Source: Eledone cirrhosa | Taxonomy: Eukaryota | DNA: 64,000 nucleotides | Assembly (NCBI GenBank): GCA_964016885.1 | Contig: OZ024741.1 | Span: forward strand, 412,548,001-412,612,000 | Direction of reading: 5' to 3' | Part shown: positions 1-11,166 of the stretch, piece by piece | How positions within the stretch are numbered: the stretch's first letter is position 1 | Layout of the letters: the number at the start of each line of letters is the position of its first letter | Made by a program: the position numbers and the translations under genes | Notes under the pieces: generated by a model | The model's database searches: none | Told to the model about the DNA's origin: nothing | What the model saw: only the letters and a program-made list of their open reading frames with translations

Positions 1-2848
1 CTAGAGTTTCCCCAAGTACGTCGTCGCTCTTCCCCTCCACTAATCCTCTATAGAACGCCGAGGTGGAGTTTCCACCGATCACATTGCCTGATTGGTCGAG
101 GGCTGTGAGCGCCTGAAGACATTCCAGTCTCCAGGCGCTCCCTCTCGGTCTTCGCTTGACCCAGGACTGCAGCTCCGTCAAGGAAACGAGCTGGGGAAAA
201 ACGCGTCTAGCAAACGGCGACCACACCTGATCACCGTCGAGGAAGAGGTGGAGATGTCGTAGCCTGAGCGCGTGCCTGCGCATCATCAGCCACGGCATGC
301 CCAGCCCTCCACGTAGCGGGTGTTGACAACAGATGGACCGCCTGACCATCGGAGCACGTCCCTTCCACAAAAAGCGAAAGAGCAAACGCTCCAGCGCAGT
401 CAGGCGAGGCTTAGGACAAGGTACGACGGTTAGGCGGTAGCAGATGACAGACGCGATGTACGCGTTAGCCACCTCCGCTCGACCTTTCAGGGATAGCTTC
501 CTCTCCGCCCATTTCTGGGTGAGAGAAGCCACCCTGCTCGTCACCTCGTCCCAGTTTTTGTCCGTCTGGAGGTCCGGACCGAACCAGACCCCTAGCAATT
601 TAACCGGTCCGTCCGTCCAGCGCCCGACGACGCTGTTGGACGGCATGGACCTGCCTCTCCAGGTGCCGAGCTGCAGGCCCACTGACTTTTCCTGGTTGAT
701 CATTGCTCCTGTCACCGCTTCGTATTCTCTTAGTGTAGTGCCGATCGCCTCGATGTGTTTGGCGTTCGACACCACTACGGTGACATCGTCCGCATATGCT
801 GACACGGATCTTCCGCATCCTAGTTCGCGCGGGACTCCCCTCAACGTCTCCAGTTTGTGCAGTAATGGCTCGAGAGTCAATACGTACAAGAGGGACGAGA
901 GGGGACATCCTTGGCGGACCGAACGCATGATGTTGAACGGTTCCGACAGGTGACCGTTCACTCTCACCACAGAGCAGATGTCGCTGTGCATGGCAGCGAT
1001 CCAGCCTCTGAAGACGGGCCCAAAGCCAGCCGCCCTCAGGACTGCCGCTAGGTAACGATGGTCGACCCTATCGAAAGCTTTCGACTGATCTAAATTGATC
1101 AAGGACCCACCCGTGCCAGGTTCCCTAGCTACCCTCTCTACGATGTATCGCATGAGGTGGAGGTTGTCGTGGATGGATCTGTCGGGAATGGCGCATGTCT
1201 GCGCCTCTCCCACCAGACCACCAACGACAAGCGCCAACCTCTTTGCTAGCACCTTGGCCAAAATCTTAAACTCTGTGTTTAGCAGAGTTATGGGCCGGAA
1301 ATTGTCTATGTTATCCCCCTTGTTCGGATCCTTTCTCAGCAGTGCCACCGCTCCTCGGCTCACAGAACTGGGAATTCTCCCGTTCTGTTGCCAGTTGCAG
1401 TAGACGTCCGCCAAGAGGCCTCCGAACAAGTCTGGCATCTGTACGTAAAGTTCATAGGGCAGACCATCCAAACCAGGCGATTTACCCCTTGTGCAGCCAG
1501 TCATTGCCTCCCGTACTTCAGCGGCTGTTATCGGCTTTTCGCAACACCTCGCCTCAGTGGCCGAGAGCCGCGGCAGTCCGTCGAGGTAGACACTAAAGTC
1601 CATCCCTCTACCCGGCCCGCCGCTGCCCCCGAACAGCTGAGCGAAGTGTCGCTGAAAAGCTTCACACATTTGCCCGGGATCGAGTAGCATGCGCCCGTCG
1701 TGGTCCACCAAAGACCGGATCGTGGCTTTGTTGCCACGACGCGCCTCCGCCACTCGGGCCCATTGAACGGCTTTCGTCCCCTCGTGTCTGAGAGCACGCA
1801 CCCTAGCTCTGACAACGCAGCCTTCGTGCTTTGCATTGAAGAATTGGTCAAGGGCCAATTTCGCCGCAAGCACGTCGGTCGCAATGCCTTTACTAAGCGC
1901 CTCGTCTAATTTTCTAACTAGTTCTCCCTCTGCTCTATTTTTCTCTATTGCTAAAGCCTTACTAAACCTAATCGATTCTATTCTAATCGCTCTTTTCAGA
2001 GCAAACCACCACTTGTTGTTGACGATGGCCCCCGTCAACGCCCGCTTAACTAGTTCGCTAATCCGGTCTCTGTAGGCCTTGCGCGCTGGTAAGGACGCGT
2101 TTAGCTTCCAGTAGCCGGGTCCTCGTCTATGAAGCCTATCTAAGTCAAGCACACAGGTCACGAATTTGTGGTCCGTGTAGCTGACTATCTTGAATTGTGG
2201 ACAGCCTATGCTAGACCTATCTATTTCCCTACAAAATACTCTATCTAGATATGATCTGGATGACCCTATGCGGTTTGTCCAAGTCCACATTGGCACATTC
2301 GGGAAATCCAATCGGTACCTGTCAGACAGTTCAAAACGCCTGAGCAGGTTGGTGAGGCTCTTGCACCCTCCACCCCTATCCGCTAATCCCACACAGTCCC
2401 AGCGTGCATCTAAGATCCCGTTCCAGTCGCCCACTAACACTAAAGAGCGGGACGTTCCAAGAAAGGTCTCCAGACGCCGGAAGAAATCAGGCCGCCCTGC
2501 TCCTGTCGGGGCATAGACGGCCACTAGCCTGAAAGCTTGCCCGTCTCCGCTGGTCACGTCCAGCACCACCAGCTTACCCTCTGGGTCCAGGAAGATGGCC
2601 CGTATGGCGAGATCCAAACCTCTCCGAAAAAGCACAGCAACTCCTCCACCCGATCCAGGACGGCTGGGAGATGCGTACACATCGTAGCCGCCGAAGATCG
2701 GTGCGAAGGCCCGTGCTTCGGAGATTCTGGTCTCGCTGATGGCCACTACATCTATGTTTAGTGACCTGAGGTCGTTGAGCAGGTGACCCTGCTTCCATGA
2801 CGACCCCAAGCCACGCGCATTTATGCTGCCTATTCTGAGTGAGGTCAT
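1..2848 (-). CDS. LINE ORF2, AP endonuclease + reverse transcriptase (partial, runs off window)
   Basis: ATG at 2848 gives MTSLRIGSINARGLGS...VVAISETRI (APE N-terminus). VRQGCPLS at ~895-920 and AYADDV at 782-799 are in the same frame. The ORF track lists no terminated ORF in this frame, consistent with it being open to the edge. Confidence 0.92.
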   Translation of the reverse strand, partial: MTSLRIGSINARGLGSSWKQGHLLNDLRSLNIDVVAISETRISEARAFAPIFGGYDVYASPSRPGSGGGVAVLFRRGLDLAIRAIFLDPEGKLVVLDVTSGDGQAFRLVAVYAPTGAGRPDFFRRLETFLGTSRSLVLVGDWNGILDARWDCVGLADRGGGCKSLTNLLRRFELSDRYRLDFPNVPMWTWTNRIGSSRSYLDRVFCREIDRSSIGCPQFKIVSYTDHKFVTCVLDLDRLHRRGPGYWKLNASLPARKAYRDRISELVKRALTGAIVNNKWWFALKRAIRIESIRFSKALAIEKNRAEGELVRKLDEALSKGIATDVLAAKLALDQFFNAKHEGCVVRARVRALRHEGTKAVQWARVAEARRGNKATIRSLVDHDGRMLLDPGQMCEAFQRHFAQLFGGSGGPGRGMDFSVYLDGLPRLSATEARCCEKPITAAEVREAMTGCTRGKSPGLDGLPYELYVQMPDLFGGLLADVYCNWQQNGRIPSSVSRGAVALLRKDPNKGDNIDNFRPITLLNTEFKILAKVLAKRLALVVGGLVGEAQTCAIPDRSIHDNLHLMRYIVERVAREPGTGGSLINLDQSKAFDRVDHRYLAAVLRAAGFGPVFRGWIAAMHSDICSVVRVNGHLSEPFNIMRSVRQGCPLSSLLYVLTLEPLLHKLETLRGVPRELGCGRSVSAYADDVTVVVSNAKHIEAIGTTLREYEAVTGAMINQEKSVGLQLGTWRGRSMPSNSVVGRWTDGPVKLLGVWFGPDLQTDKNWDEVTSRVASLTQKWAERKLSLKGRAEVANAYIASVICYRLTVVPCPKPRLTALERLLFRFLWKGRAPMVRRSICCQHPLRGGLGMPWLMMRRHALRLRHLHLFLDGDQVWSPFARRVFPQLVSLTELQSWVKRRPRGSAWRLECLQALTALDQSGNVIGGNSTSAFYRGLVEGKSDDVLGETL

Positions 2849-2883
2849 GTTTAAAATAGAGTGGAAAAGATGGGAAAGACCAC

Positions 2884-4980
2884 TTACCGTACTTTTGGTA
2901 GAGGAGGGATGGTTTTTACATCCCTTTTCACTTGATCGTCTGGTGAAGGGACCGTTGAATCGTCCCTTCGGCTGGTCGTCGGCTCTTCTAAGAGAATGTC
3001 TGAATATACTCTTCGATTAATGGTTCCTCCTAGGTCCCTGAAATCACCAACTGCGTTGGGGAATTTCGTTTTAATGTTTGTGTATTGTTTCTGTGCTATT
3101 TTTAGCAGTCTTATGTTAGTTGGCGTTTTGATTGGTGCTGGTATTATGTAGTCCTGTTGTGAAATGTCTGTGTGTTCAATTATGTAAGTCATTAGTTTCT
3201 TGTTGTGTGTGTTTATTGCCGTGCATTTGTTTTTCTGGGGGTGGGGTGTGGTTCTGCTATTTTCTTGTCGTTGTTGCTGGGTGTGTGTGTTTTGTTGTTG
3301 TGTTTGCGATGTTGGTGCTTGTGGTGGTGGTGTTGAAGGTGTTGTTGGCGGTGGGGTTGTCGCCGGTGGTGATGGTGGTGCTGGTGTGGGTGGTGATGGT
3401 GTTGGTGGTGTTGCTGCTGTGGGTCTCTTTGCAGTAGACTTTACCCTTTTCTCATTTCTTTCCTCCCTTTTCAAAGGCGACGATGCGCTGCTTCTGCGTT
3501 TGTGCCTTCTTGCGACCTTTTGCCATCCCTCTCCCACCTCACACTCCATGTCTGATTCTGTAAGGTCGGGGAGGGGTACCAGCTCCACTCTTTCACTTGT
3601 TGTTGTTGGTGATGTTTGCACTGGAGTCTCTGTTGCAGCTGCATTTGGTATTGCTGTTGTTGTTGTTAATATTTCCACTGCTGCTGCTGTCTTTGATTTC
3701 CGTGGAGTGGGTATGGGTGCCACGGACCTATCGTTCCTGGTTGCCGCTTGTCCTGTTGCTGGTAGCCGTGGAGCCGGATTCGGAAGGAGGGGGGTTTTCT
3801 CCTTTCTCAGGGTCTTCTCGTTGCAGAAGGCCCTGAGGTGAGTCTTCGATCCACAGCGAAAGCATTTCGGGCGTTTGCCCTCAACACTTATGGGCAGTTG
3901 AGTGCCGTTATCGAAGTCTATCACATCCGGGATAGCTTCGATGCACTCCTGGTTGGTTTGGATTAGCATCTCAATGGAGGAGCCGACCCAATCTTCTCTT
4001 ACTTTTTTCTGTACTTGCAGTACAGTTGTTTTGTCCTCGATTCCGACGAGGACAGACGCGGCCAGCCAAGAAGGGGTCATTCCGGGGGGGACGTGGGTCA
4101 GTTTGACCCTCACAATTTTTTGCCCGCAGTAGGAGGGCACCAACACCATTTCCTCGCTCCTTAGGGTCACTACTGATTGGGCCTTTGCCTCCTGGGGTGT
4201 GGCAAAAAGTACGTCTACGGTGGCGTATTTTTTGCCTCGGGTGATGTGCGTTTTCCTCTGCCACACAGACCCCAAGGCTTTTTGTATTTGGGCCTCTGTG
4301 GCTCTTTCCACCCTACGGGATTTTGTACTTACTGTACGGTACGTGACCGTACAGTGCTCTTGGGTTTCGAAAAAATTTTTCGCTGCCTTGCAGATTGCTC
4401 GGTGTCCGTTCTTTGTCACCATCTTCTTCGCTTCCTCTAATTCCTCATTTGTTATGAGGATTGTTTCCAAGTTTTTCGCAATACCTGCAAATGAGATTGG
4501 TTTTTCTCTGCTGTTGTTGTTGTCGTCAGAGCTGCTGGTACTTTTGTTGTTGCTGCAGGTACTACGACTACTGCCTCCGCCGCTGTTGCTGTGGTTGTTG
4601 TTGGTGTTGCTGCTGCTAATGCTGTTGTTGTTTATGCTGCTGGTGATGCTGTTGCGGCTGCTACTGTTGTTTTCATTGTCACTGTTGCTGTTGTTATTAC
4701 GGCTGCTACTGCTATTATTCCTGACGTCAGACGAATGAACTGGGTTTTCGTATTTCCCGCACACCTGTTTCGTCGCTGTCGTCGTCGTCGTGGTGAAACC
4801 TTGCACGCTTTGCACGAGACTTTTCTTTTCTTTGGTCACTTGCGAAAGAGAAGGGAGGGAGAGAGACACATTTAAAGAAGGGAGGGAGAGAGACAATCTT
4901 CTCTCTGCTGTAGTGATGATTGAGGAAGAAGAAGACGGAATGAGTGGGAGTGACGTATGAAATTTCATTTTCGTAGCCAT
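2884..4980 (-). CDS. LINE ORF1 (gag-like nucleic-acid-binding protein), 698 aa
   Basis: CFRCGSKTHLRAFC zinc knuckle; Ser/Asn and Pro/Thr low-complexity flanks; stop 35 nt upstream of the ORF2 ATG. Confidence 0.88.
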   Translation of the reverse strand: MATKMKFHTSLPLIPSSSSSIITTAERRLSLSLPSLNVSLSLPSLSQVTKEKKSLVQSVQGFTTTTTTATKQVCGKYENPVHSSDVRNNSSSSRNNNSNSDNENNSSSRNSITSSINNNSISSSNTNNNHSNSGGGSSRSTCSNNKSTSSSDDNNNSREKPISFAGIAKNLETILITNEELEEAKKMVTKNGHRAICKAAKNFFETQEHCTVTYRTVSTKSRRVERATEAQIQKALGSVWQRKTHITRGKKYATVDVLFATPQEAKAQSVVTLRSEEMVLVPSYCGQKIVRVKLTHVPPGMTPSWLAASVLVGIEDKTTVLQVQKKVREDWVGSSIEMLIQTNQECIEAIPDVIDFDNGTQLPISVEGKRPKCFRCGSKTHLRAFCNEKTLRKEKTPLLPNPAPRLPATGQAATRNDRSVAPIPTPRKSKTAAAVEILTTTTAIPNAAATETPVQTSPTTTSERVELVPLPDLTESDMECEVGEGWQKVARRHKRRSSASSPLKREERNEKRVKSTAKRPTAATPPTPSPPTPAPPSPPATTPPPTTPSTPPPQAPTSQTQQQNTHTQQQRQENSRTTPHPQKNKCTAINTHNKKLMTYIIEHTDISQQDYIIPAPIKTPTNIRLLKIAQKQYTNIKTKFPNAVGDFRDLGGTINRRVYSDILLEEPTTSRRDDSTVPSPDDQVKRDVKTIPPLPKVR

Positions 4981-5194
4981 GTTGTTTTTTGTTTAAAATG
5001 AATATTGGGTACAAAACCCCAATAACTGGTTATTTAACCCCGAAGGGCCAAATAACGGACAGAAAGACCCCTCTCACGAGGAGGAGGGTGTCTTTATCAA
5101 CAATTTGGTTCAAGTTTTAAACAATTTACAATTGTTTTAACGGTTAAAAATTACTATACCTTACAGAGCCGAGCCTCCGTCAACCATGGCATTC

Positions 5195-5231
<37 letters not shown>

Positions 5232-5244
5232 TAATAATAATAAT

Positions 5245-5790
5245 ACATGATGTGATGGGCAGGGTGATCCACTGGCACCTATGCAAAGTAAACAATTTAC
5301 CACATTCTGAGAAGTGGTATGAGCATAAGCCAGAGGCGGTGATAGAAAACGATCAGGTGAAGGTGCTGTGGGATTTTAGGATACAGACGGTCAAAAAACT
5401 TGAACACAATAGACCTGATTAGATCATGCCTGATTGTGGATGTGGCCTTCCCATAACACATGAGAGTGCAAGAGAAGGAGAGGGAGAAAATTAACCGATA
5501 CCAGGACTTAAAGTGGGAGGTAAAAAGGATTTGGAACTGCCATGAAGTCAAAGTGATCCCGATTGTCATAGGCGCACTAGGGACTATCTCAAAAAGTTTC
5601 CAGGGATGGTTAAAGAAAATTGGCCCCTTCACGCTTTTTGGAACGCTTCAAAAGGCATGCTTGCTGGGAACAGCAAGAACCCTCTGATACGTCCTGAATA
5701 TCTGAGGCTGCAGGTAGTGGCTTGATATTCATTTCAACAAACTTTCCAGTTAACTAACATCAATGACTGAGACTCAAAGATTAATAACAA
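5245..5790 (+). mobile_element. 3' fragment of R4/Dong-like LINE (restriction-like endonuclease)
   Basis: HD...IHWHLC...WYEHKPE...LWDFRIQT...HNRPD...KINRYQDLK...PIVIGALG; (AAT)n on both sides. Confidence 0.85.
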
Positions 5791-5856
5791 TAATAATAAT
5801 AATAATAATAATAATGATGATGATGATGATGATGATGACTATTATTTTTTTTTCAT

Positions 5857-6235
5857 GAGGTCTCAGTCATTGATGTTATTTAATTGGAAAGTTTGTTGAA
5901 ATGAACATCAAGCCGCTACCTGCAGCCTCAGTTATTTAGGACGTATCGGAGGGTTCTTGCTGTTCCCAGCAAGCGTGCCTTTTGAAGTGTTCCAAAAAAG
6001 GGGGTTGGACTAATGTTCTTTAACCATCCTTAAAAACTCTTCGAGATAGTACCTAATGCTCCTATGACAATCAGGACGACCTTGATCTTATGGCAGTTCC
6101 AAATCCTTTTTAATTCCACTTTAAATCCTGGTATCGGTTAATTTCCTCCTCCTTTTGTTGCACTCTTATGTCAACGGGGCAGGCTACATCTACAATCAGG
6201 CACGATCTATTTTTCTTGTCAAAAACACCAGGACA
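5857..6235 (-). mobile_element. Second 3' fragment of the same R4/Dong-like family, tail-to-tail with the first
   Basis: Diverged reverse complement of ~5400-5740 (e.g. ctgaggctgcaggtag...caatgactgagac). Confidence 0.85.
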
Positions 6236-6262
6236 GGCTTGTTGTGTATTATTATCATTATT

Positions 6263-6420
6263 GTCGGACGCCATGCTTTCCAGCATAGTTACGTCCCTTT
6301 ACGATCTGAGTTCAAATCCCGCCAAGGTTAACTTTGCCTTTCATCCTTACGGGGTAGATAAAATAAAGTACCAGTAATGCACTGGGTTATTGCTGACCGT
6401 GTGCCAAAAATAGTAACAAT
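6263..6420 (+). mobile_element. tRNA-derived SINE family A, 5'-truncated
   Basis: gagttcaaatcccgcc B box followed by gcctttcatccttacggggtagataaaataaagtaccag core. Confidence 0.85.
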
Positions 6421-6563
6421 TATTATATTGTGCATTATCACTGCATTGCCGAGTGCACCTCTTTGTACATTGGATATGAACAGTGTAGATTTTGGTGGTG
6501 TTGTTTCTATTGTATTGATAGTTCTTTTCGTTATACATGTGCGGTGCCTAGCAGTTTTGGTTA

Positions 6564-6623
<60 letters not shown>

Positions 6624-6657
6624 CGCGCGCGTGTGTGTGTGCGTGTGTGTGTGTGCG

Positions 6658-6725
<68 letters not shown>

Positions 6726-6753
6726 CGCGTGCGCGTGCGCGTGTGTGTGTGTG
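6564..6753. repeat. (TG)n/(CG)n alternating purine-pyrimidine microsatellite
   Basis: Seen directly; includes a (CG)~8 run. Confidence 0.95.
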
Positions 6754-6984
6754 TTATCATTCTCAGACCACCTATTATTATAGGTATTGTCACAGCACTT
6801 CCGGTGCTGCATTTACTTCTATTTTGCTCCTATTAAGTTCCTGGTAGATTCATTTGGGCCTGGAGTGAACCAACTGATTTTCTCCAAAAGAATTGTGGAG
6901 CTTTTCATGTTTCCGGATTATTTGTGCTGATGCAATCTTTAGTCTACGGGATTTCCTTTTCTACTATATTATTTTTCTTTAATA

Positions 6985-7172
6985 GGGCGGTGGGTTGGCA
7001 GTATCGGTAGAAGGTCGGACGCCCTGCTTTACAGTATAGAGTTACGCCACTTTATGGTCTGAGTTCAAATCCCGCCGAGGTTAACTTTGTCTTTCATCCT
7101 TACGGGGTCTATAAAATAAAGTACCAGTAATGCACTGGGATAATTGCTGGCCTTGTGCCAAAAGTAGAAACA
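6985..7172 (+). mobile_element. tRNA-derived SINE family A, full length (Meta-domain-like core)
   Basis: A-box-like tggcagtatcgg, B box gagttcaaatccc, conserved core, end gccttgtgccaaaagtagaaac. Further copies at approximately 9103-9288, 9435-9615(-), 16240-16293, 17711-17888, 19200-19366, 26250-26420, 28040-28195, 30140-30275(-), 30430-30520, 31325-31543(-), 32443-32578(-), 32980-33110, 33320-33435, 39130-39228, 61640-61845(-), 61862-62047(-). Confidence 0.9.
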
Positions 7173-8761
7173 CTCAAGACCCCAAGTTCCGCCATGTTCA
7201 GAAAAAACCTAGATGTCTGCACCTGTGAGATATTTATATTGACATAATTTTCCTTAGAGAGTTTATTTTAATTCTATCTTTTGTATTTCCTTTATACACG
7301 GGTTTTGTTGTTATATGGAGTCTTATTCCAAAAGTTAAGCTTATAAGCTGAACCTTCAGGGCTTAGAATCCCTACACTACAGTCTGTTGAGTGCTCAATA
7401 TTTTGTAGGTTAATATCACGAGGAGGCTGTTCCATTGATCATACAACTGGAATACTCATCGCTGAAACTGACAGAGGTCCAACACACACACACACAGATT
7501 CACGGGTAATTATGTGGTGAGCACGAGGTACTAGCTATCACCACATCGTTGTGTGTCTGCATTTGACAAGGACGAAACACAATCAAAAACTAAAGCCGTG
7601 TTTATTAAGTGAAGGATTGGTTTATATTCTACCAAAACCAGTTGAAGTAATTACTGAAAAGTTTAAATCTACAGAGGTGTGATGACGTAGATATGAGATA
7701 TAACCTGTTTAGTTTATCATCAATATGTAGGCAGACGGTGCTGCTATGATGATGATGATGATGATGATGATAATGATGATCATGATCATCATCATCATGT
7801 TTGCCCACTGCAAGATAAATAAGACCTTCCCCCAAGCCAGCACCAGCTGTGGGGTGCAAGTGACCTCCCTCAAGCTGGTTCCAATTGGCCCCATCCTGTG
7901 TTGACCTATCTTTCTTCTATATAATGCCCAAATAATCTTATCTGCCCTCTCATTATGGTAACCGCTCCCTTGACATTTGAATAAGGTGTAGCTGATATTG
8001 AGGACTTTTTGTTTAGGTTGTACCATTATATTACTTAGAGGCGTGTGACCAATACTTTCCATGTCCACAATTGCAGGTTGGCCAGTTATACATAGTCTAA
8101 ATCAGTTGTTATTAACTCTTAAAATCATGTACCACATGAAACTACATCAACAAGAGATTCTTGAAAATTATAAAACATCGCTATGACTGTATTACATTTA
8201 AAACTAAAATATTTAGGTTAATTTAGTGCAAATATAAGCAACAAATTGTCCACAAGTGGCGATATTATAATTGAATTAACAAACCAGTTTTAGATATTCT
8301 CTATGAAATCATTGTTGGGTGTTAAAAGTTAAAATGTAGTCCAGAGATCATTGAGAAGTTTTATTTACATCTTAAATTTATGTATTTTAAACTTTGAAAT
8401 ATTTATTTGAATGTGAAATATATCCATTTAAAGATTAAGATATGCATTGATTTTTGAAATATATTACTAAAATTGATTTGTCACTTTAGTTATGGATTTA
8501 AAACTTTAAATCTCTTTTTATTAAGAAGTTAATGTATTTCATATTTGTTTCTTTTAATATTTTTCATTTATTTTTAAAGGAGTGTCGTTGGGTTCAGCAA
8601 TCAAAAATACAGATTTTCTGCAACACAAACAGGTTTCTGAAACACTAAATCTGATAATGGTAGAAATACTAAAGAATTTCTTAGACTTCAAATCTGACAT
8701 CAAAGACATTTTGGATAGAAATAAAACAATGTCAATCATCGGATGTAAACCAGAGACCATT

Positions 8762-9040
8762 CGGACAACATCTGCACTGGACAAAAACTCCACCAGACAA
8801 AAATTCCACCGGACAAAACCTCCGCCAGACAAAACTCCACAAGACAAAAACTCCACCAGACAAAAACTCCACCGGATAAGCACCGTAATGGACAAAATCC
8901 CTAACAGATAAAACCACATTGGACAAAACTGTATTACACAAACGCTCTTCCTGGTGGAAGCCCCGCTGAACAAATCTCCAGATAAAAACTCCAGGTCAAA
9001 ATTCCCACCGGACAAAATCCCCCACCAGATAAAACCCTAC
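8762..9040 (+). repeat. Short tandem array (~15-nt GGACAAAACYCCACC), DNA-transposon subterminal type
   Basis: Unit seen directly; an inverted, diverged counterpart lies at 9935-10190. Confidence 0.7.
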
Positions 9041-9934
9041 AGAATTAACTATATATATAGCACTAATAGATCTACATTTTCTAATAGCCTAACATTATAA
9101 AGTGGTGAATTGGCAGTATCGGTAGAGGGTTGGACGACATGCTTTCTAGCATAGTTACGTCCCTTTACAGTCTGAGTTCAAATCCCGTCGAGGTTAACTT
9201 TGCCTTTCATCCTTACGGGGTCGATAAAATAAAGTACAAGTAATTCACTGGGATAATTGCTGGCATTGTGTCAAAAGTAGAAATAATTATAAAGTGTAAT
9301 TTACTTGGTAAACTTAACCACGATAAAATATATATTTTTTTATTGCTGCCAATTGTTTCTATAATGAGGTAAGACCATTTGGAGATATATTAATTGTTGT
9401 TTAACTGTACAACTTCACTGATAATCGCTTCTAATTTAGACAAAAGGCCTGCAGTTTGTGGGGTGAGGGAACGTCGATTAAACCGACTCCAGAATGTGAT
9501 TGGTACTTTATTTTATTGACCCCAGAAAGCTGAAAGGCAAAGTTAATCTTGGAACGTAAATGTCAGTAAATCCCACAAGACATCTTATAATTTATCGGTA
9601 CTGCCAATCTACCATCCTCTACAACTTCACTAACAATAATTTCAAATGTTGTTACAATTCCAGCAATTAGTAGAGTATTTTATTGATCCCGAAAAGAAGA
9701 AAGACAAAGATGACCTCGGTAAGATGAAACAGATTACCACAAAGCATTTTGTCCAACGCTCAAGCGTTTCTGTCACCCCACTCCCCGTTATCACTTCACT
9801 AATAATAACAACTGTGTAAATCACACAAAGTCATTTACTATACAGATCACACATGAGGTTAAGATGTTAAATGAAATTAGTAAGACAAATAGAGACAAGC
9901 TTCAAACCGGATTCAAACTTTTTACTATGCGATG

Positions 9935-10190
9935 TTTTGTATGGTAGGGGTAAAGATTTTTTTCTGATAGGAGTGTGGGTTTTGCCCGGTATGTGTAGGG
10001 GTTTTGTCCGGTCTGGGTAAGGATTTTGTTCGGTATGGGTGGGGGGTTTATTGGGTACGGATGGGGTTTTTGTCCGGTAAGTGCGCGGATTTTGACCGGT
10101 AGGGTGAAATGTTTTCAGGCAGAGGTGAGGATTTTGTGTGGTAGGTGTGGGAGTCTTGTCCGACAAGGATGAGGGGTTTTGTCCGATAGG
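9935..10190 (-). repeat. Inverted counterpart array (GGGTTTTGTCCGG units)
   Basis: Reverse complement of the GGACAAAACC motif. Confidence 0.65.
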
Positions 10191-10311
10191 CTGGGTGAGT
10201 TGACTTTTCTTTCCTTTATCTTACCATTTAAAATGTATAAATATATTTTAAAATAAATAAATTTCTGAAAATTTGTGAGATCTTATTTTTTTACTCCCTT
10301 ATATAAAATGA

Positions 10312-10700
10312 AAAACACTGTCTATGTTGTTTAACCCTTTCATTACCATATTTCTAATGTAAGACACTGTCTATATTGTTTAACCCTTCCATTACCATAT
10401 TTCTAATGAAAGACACTGTCTATGTTGTTTAACCCTTCCATTACCACATTCATAATGTAAGACACTGTCTATGTTGTTTAACCCTTTCATTACTATATTT
10501 CTAATGTAAGACACTGTCTATGTCATTAAACCTTTCATTACCATATTTCTAATGTAAGACACTGTCTATGTTGGTTAACCCTTCCATTACCATATTTCTA
10601 ATGTAAGACACTGTCTATGTTGTTTAACCCTTCCATTACCATATTTCTAATGTAAGACACTGTCTATGTCTTTAACCCTTTCATTAATTACTATATTTCT
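10312..10700. repeat. 49-bp minisatellite, about 8 copies
   Basis: Unit aagacactgtctatgttgtttaacccttccattaccatatttctaatgt; copies start at 10361, 10410 and so on. Confidence 0.95.
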
Positions 10701-10764
10701 ATTGAAAGAATTTATCTATGATTTTCATATATATAAGTATATATATATAAGTATATATATGTAA

Positions 10765-10811
<47 letters not shown>

Positions 10812-10822
10812 ACACACACACA

Positions 10823-10894
<72 letters not shown>

Positions 10895-11166
10895 GGAACC
10901 AGTAAGACCCCGACAGCTGAGCTCAAGCCGTTTCGACGGCTAATTCTGGACTAAATGAAAATTTATCCTGGTATTTAAATAGCCGATCTTCTCAAGGGGT
11001 AATTCCATATATGGTCAAAGTGATTGTCAAAAATCAGTAGTAATTCTGTGGTTGCAAATTAGTAGGGGAGATGGTGGCTAAACCTGCCAGTAGGAGAAAG
11101 AGGGGAGGGGGTGGAGTAGACCTAATCAAGCGTTGGTAGTACCAGCTACAGCTGGGCATGAGGTCA

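Larger units (their letters stand above)
1..5194 (-). mobile_element. Tx1/L1-clade non-LTR retrotransposon, 5' part (3' end lies beyond the left edge)
   Basis: Two-ORF layout: ORF1 with a CCHC knuckle, then an APE-RT ORF2. About 210-nt 5' UTR abutting (AAT)n at ~5195. Confidence 0.92.

Noticed and set aside
444-4875. Many plus-strand ORFs
   Set aside because: Antisense shadows of LINE ORF1/ORF2.
6377-6847. ORFs of CV/HT repeats (also near 28.9k, 40.1k, 47.7k, 57.7k)
   Set aside because: Translations of (TG)n/(CA)n microsatellites.
6985-7075. tRNA gene
   Set aside because: A/B boxes are followed by a SINE body in about 20 copies; no clean cloverleaf.
8580-8631. Possible host exon (ttttaaag|G...CAG|gtttct)
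   Set aside because: Weak donor, no recognisable protein similarity, no partner exons.
10312-10700. CRISPR-like or telomeric array
   Set aside because: No unique spacers (head-to-tail units); only one TAACCCT per unit; eukaryotic context.
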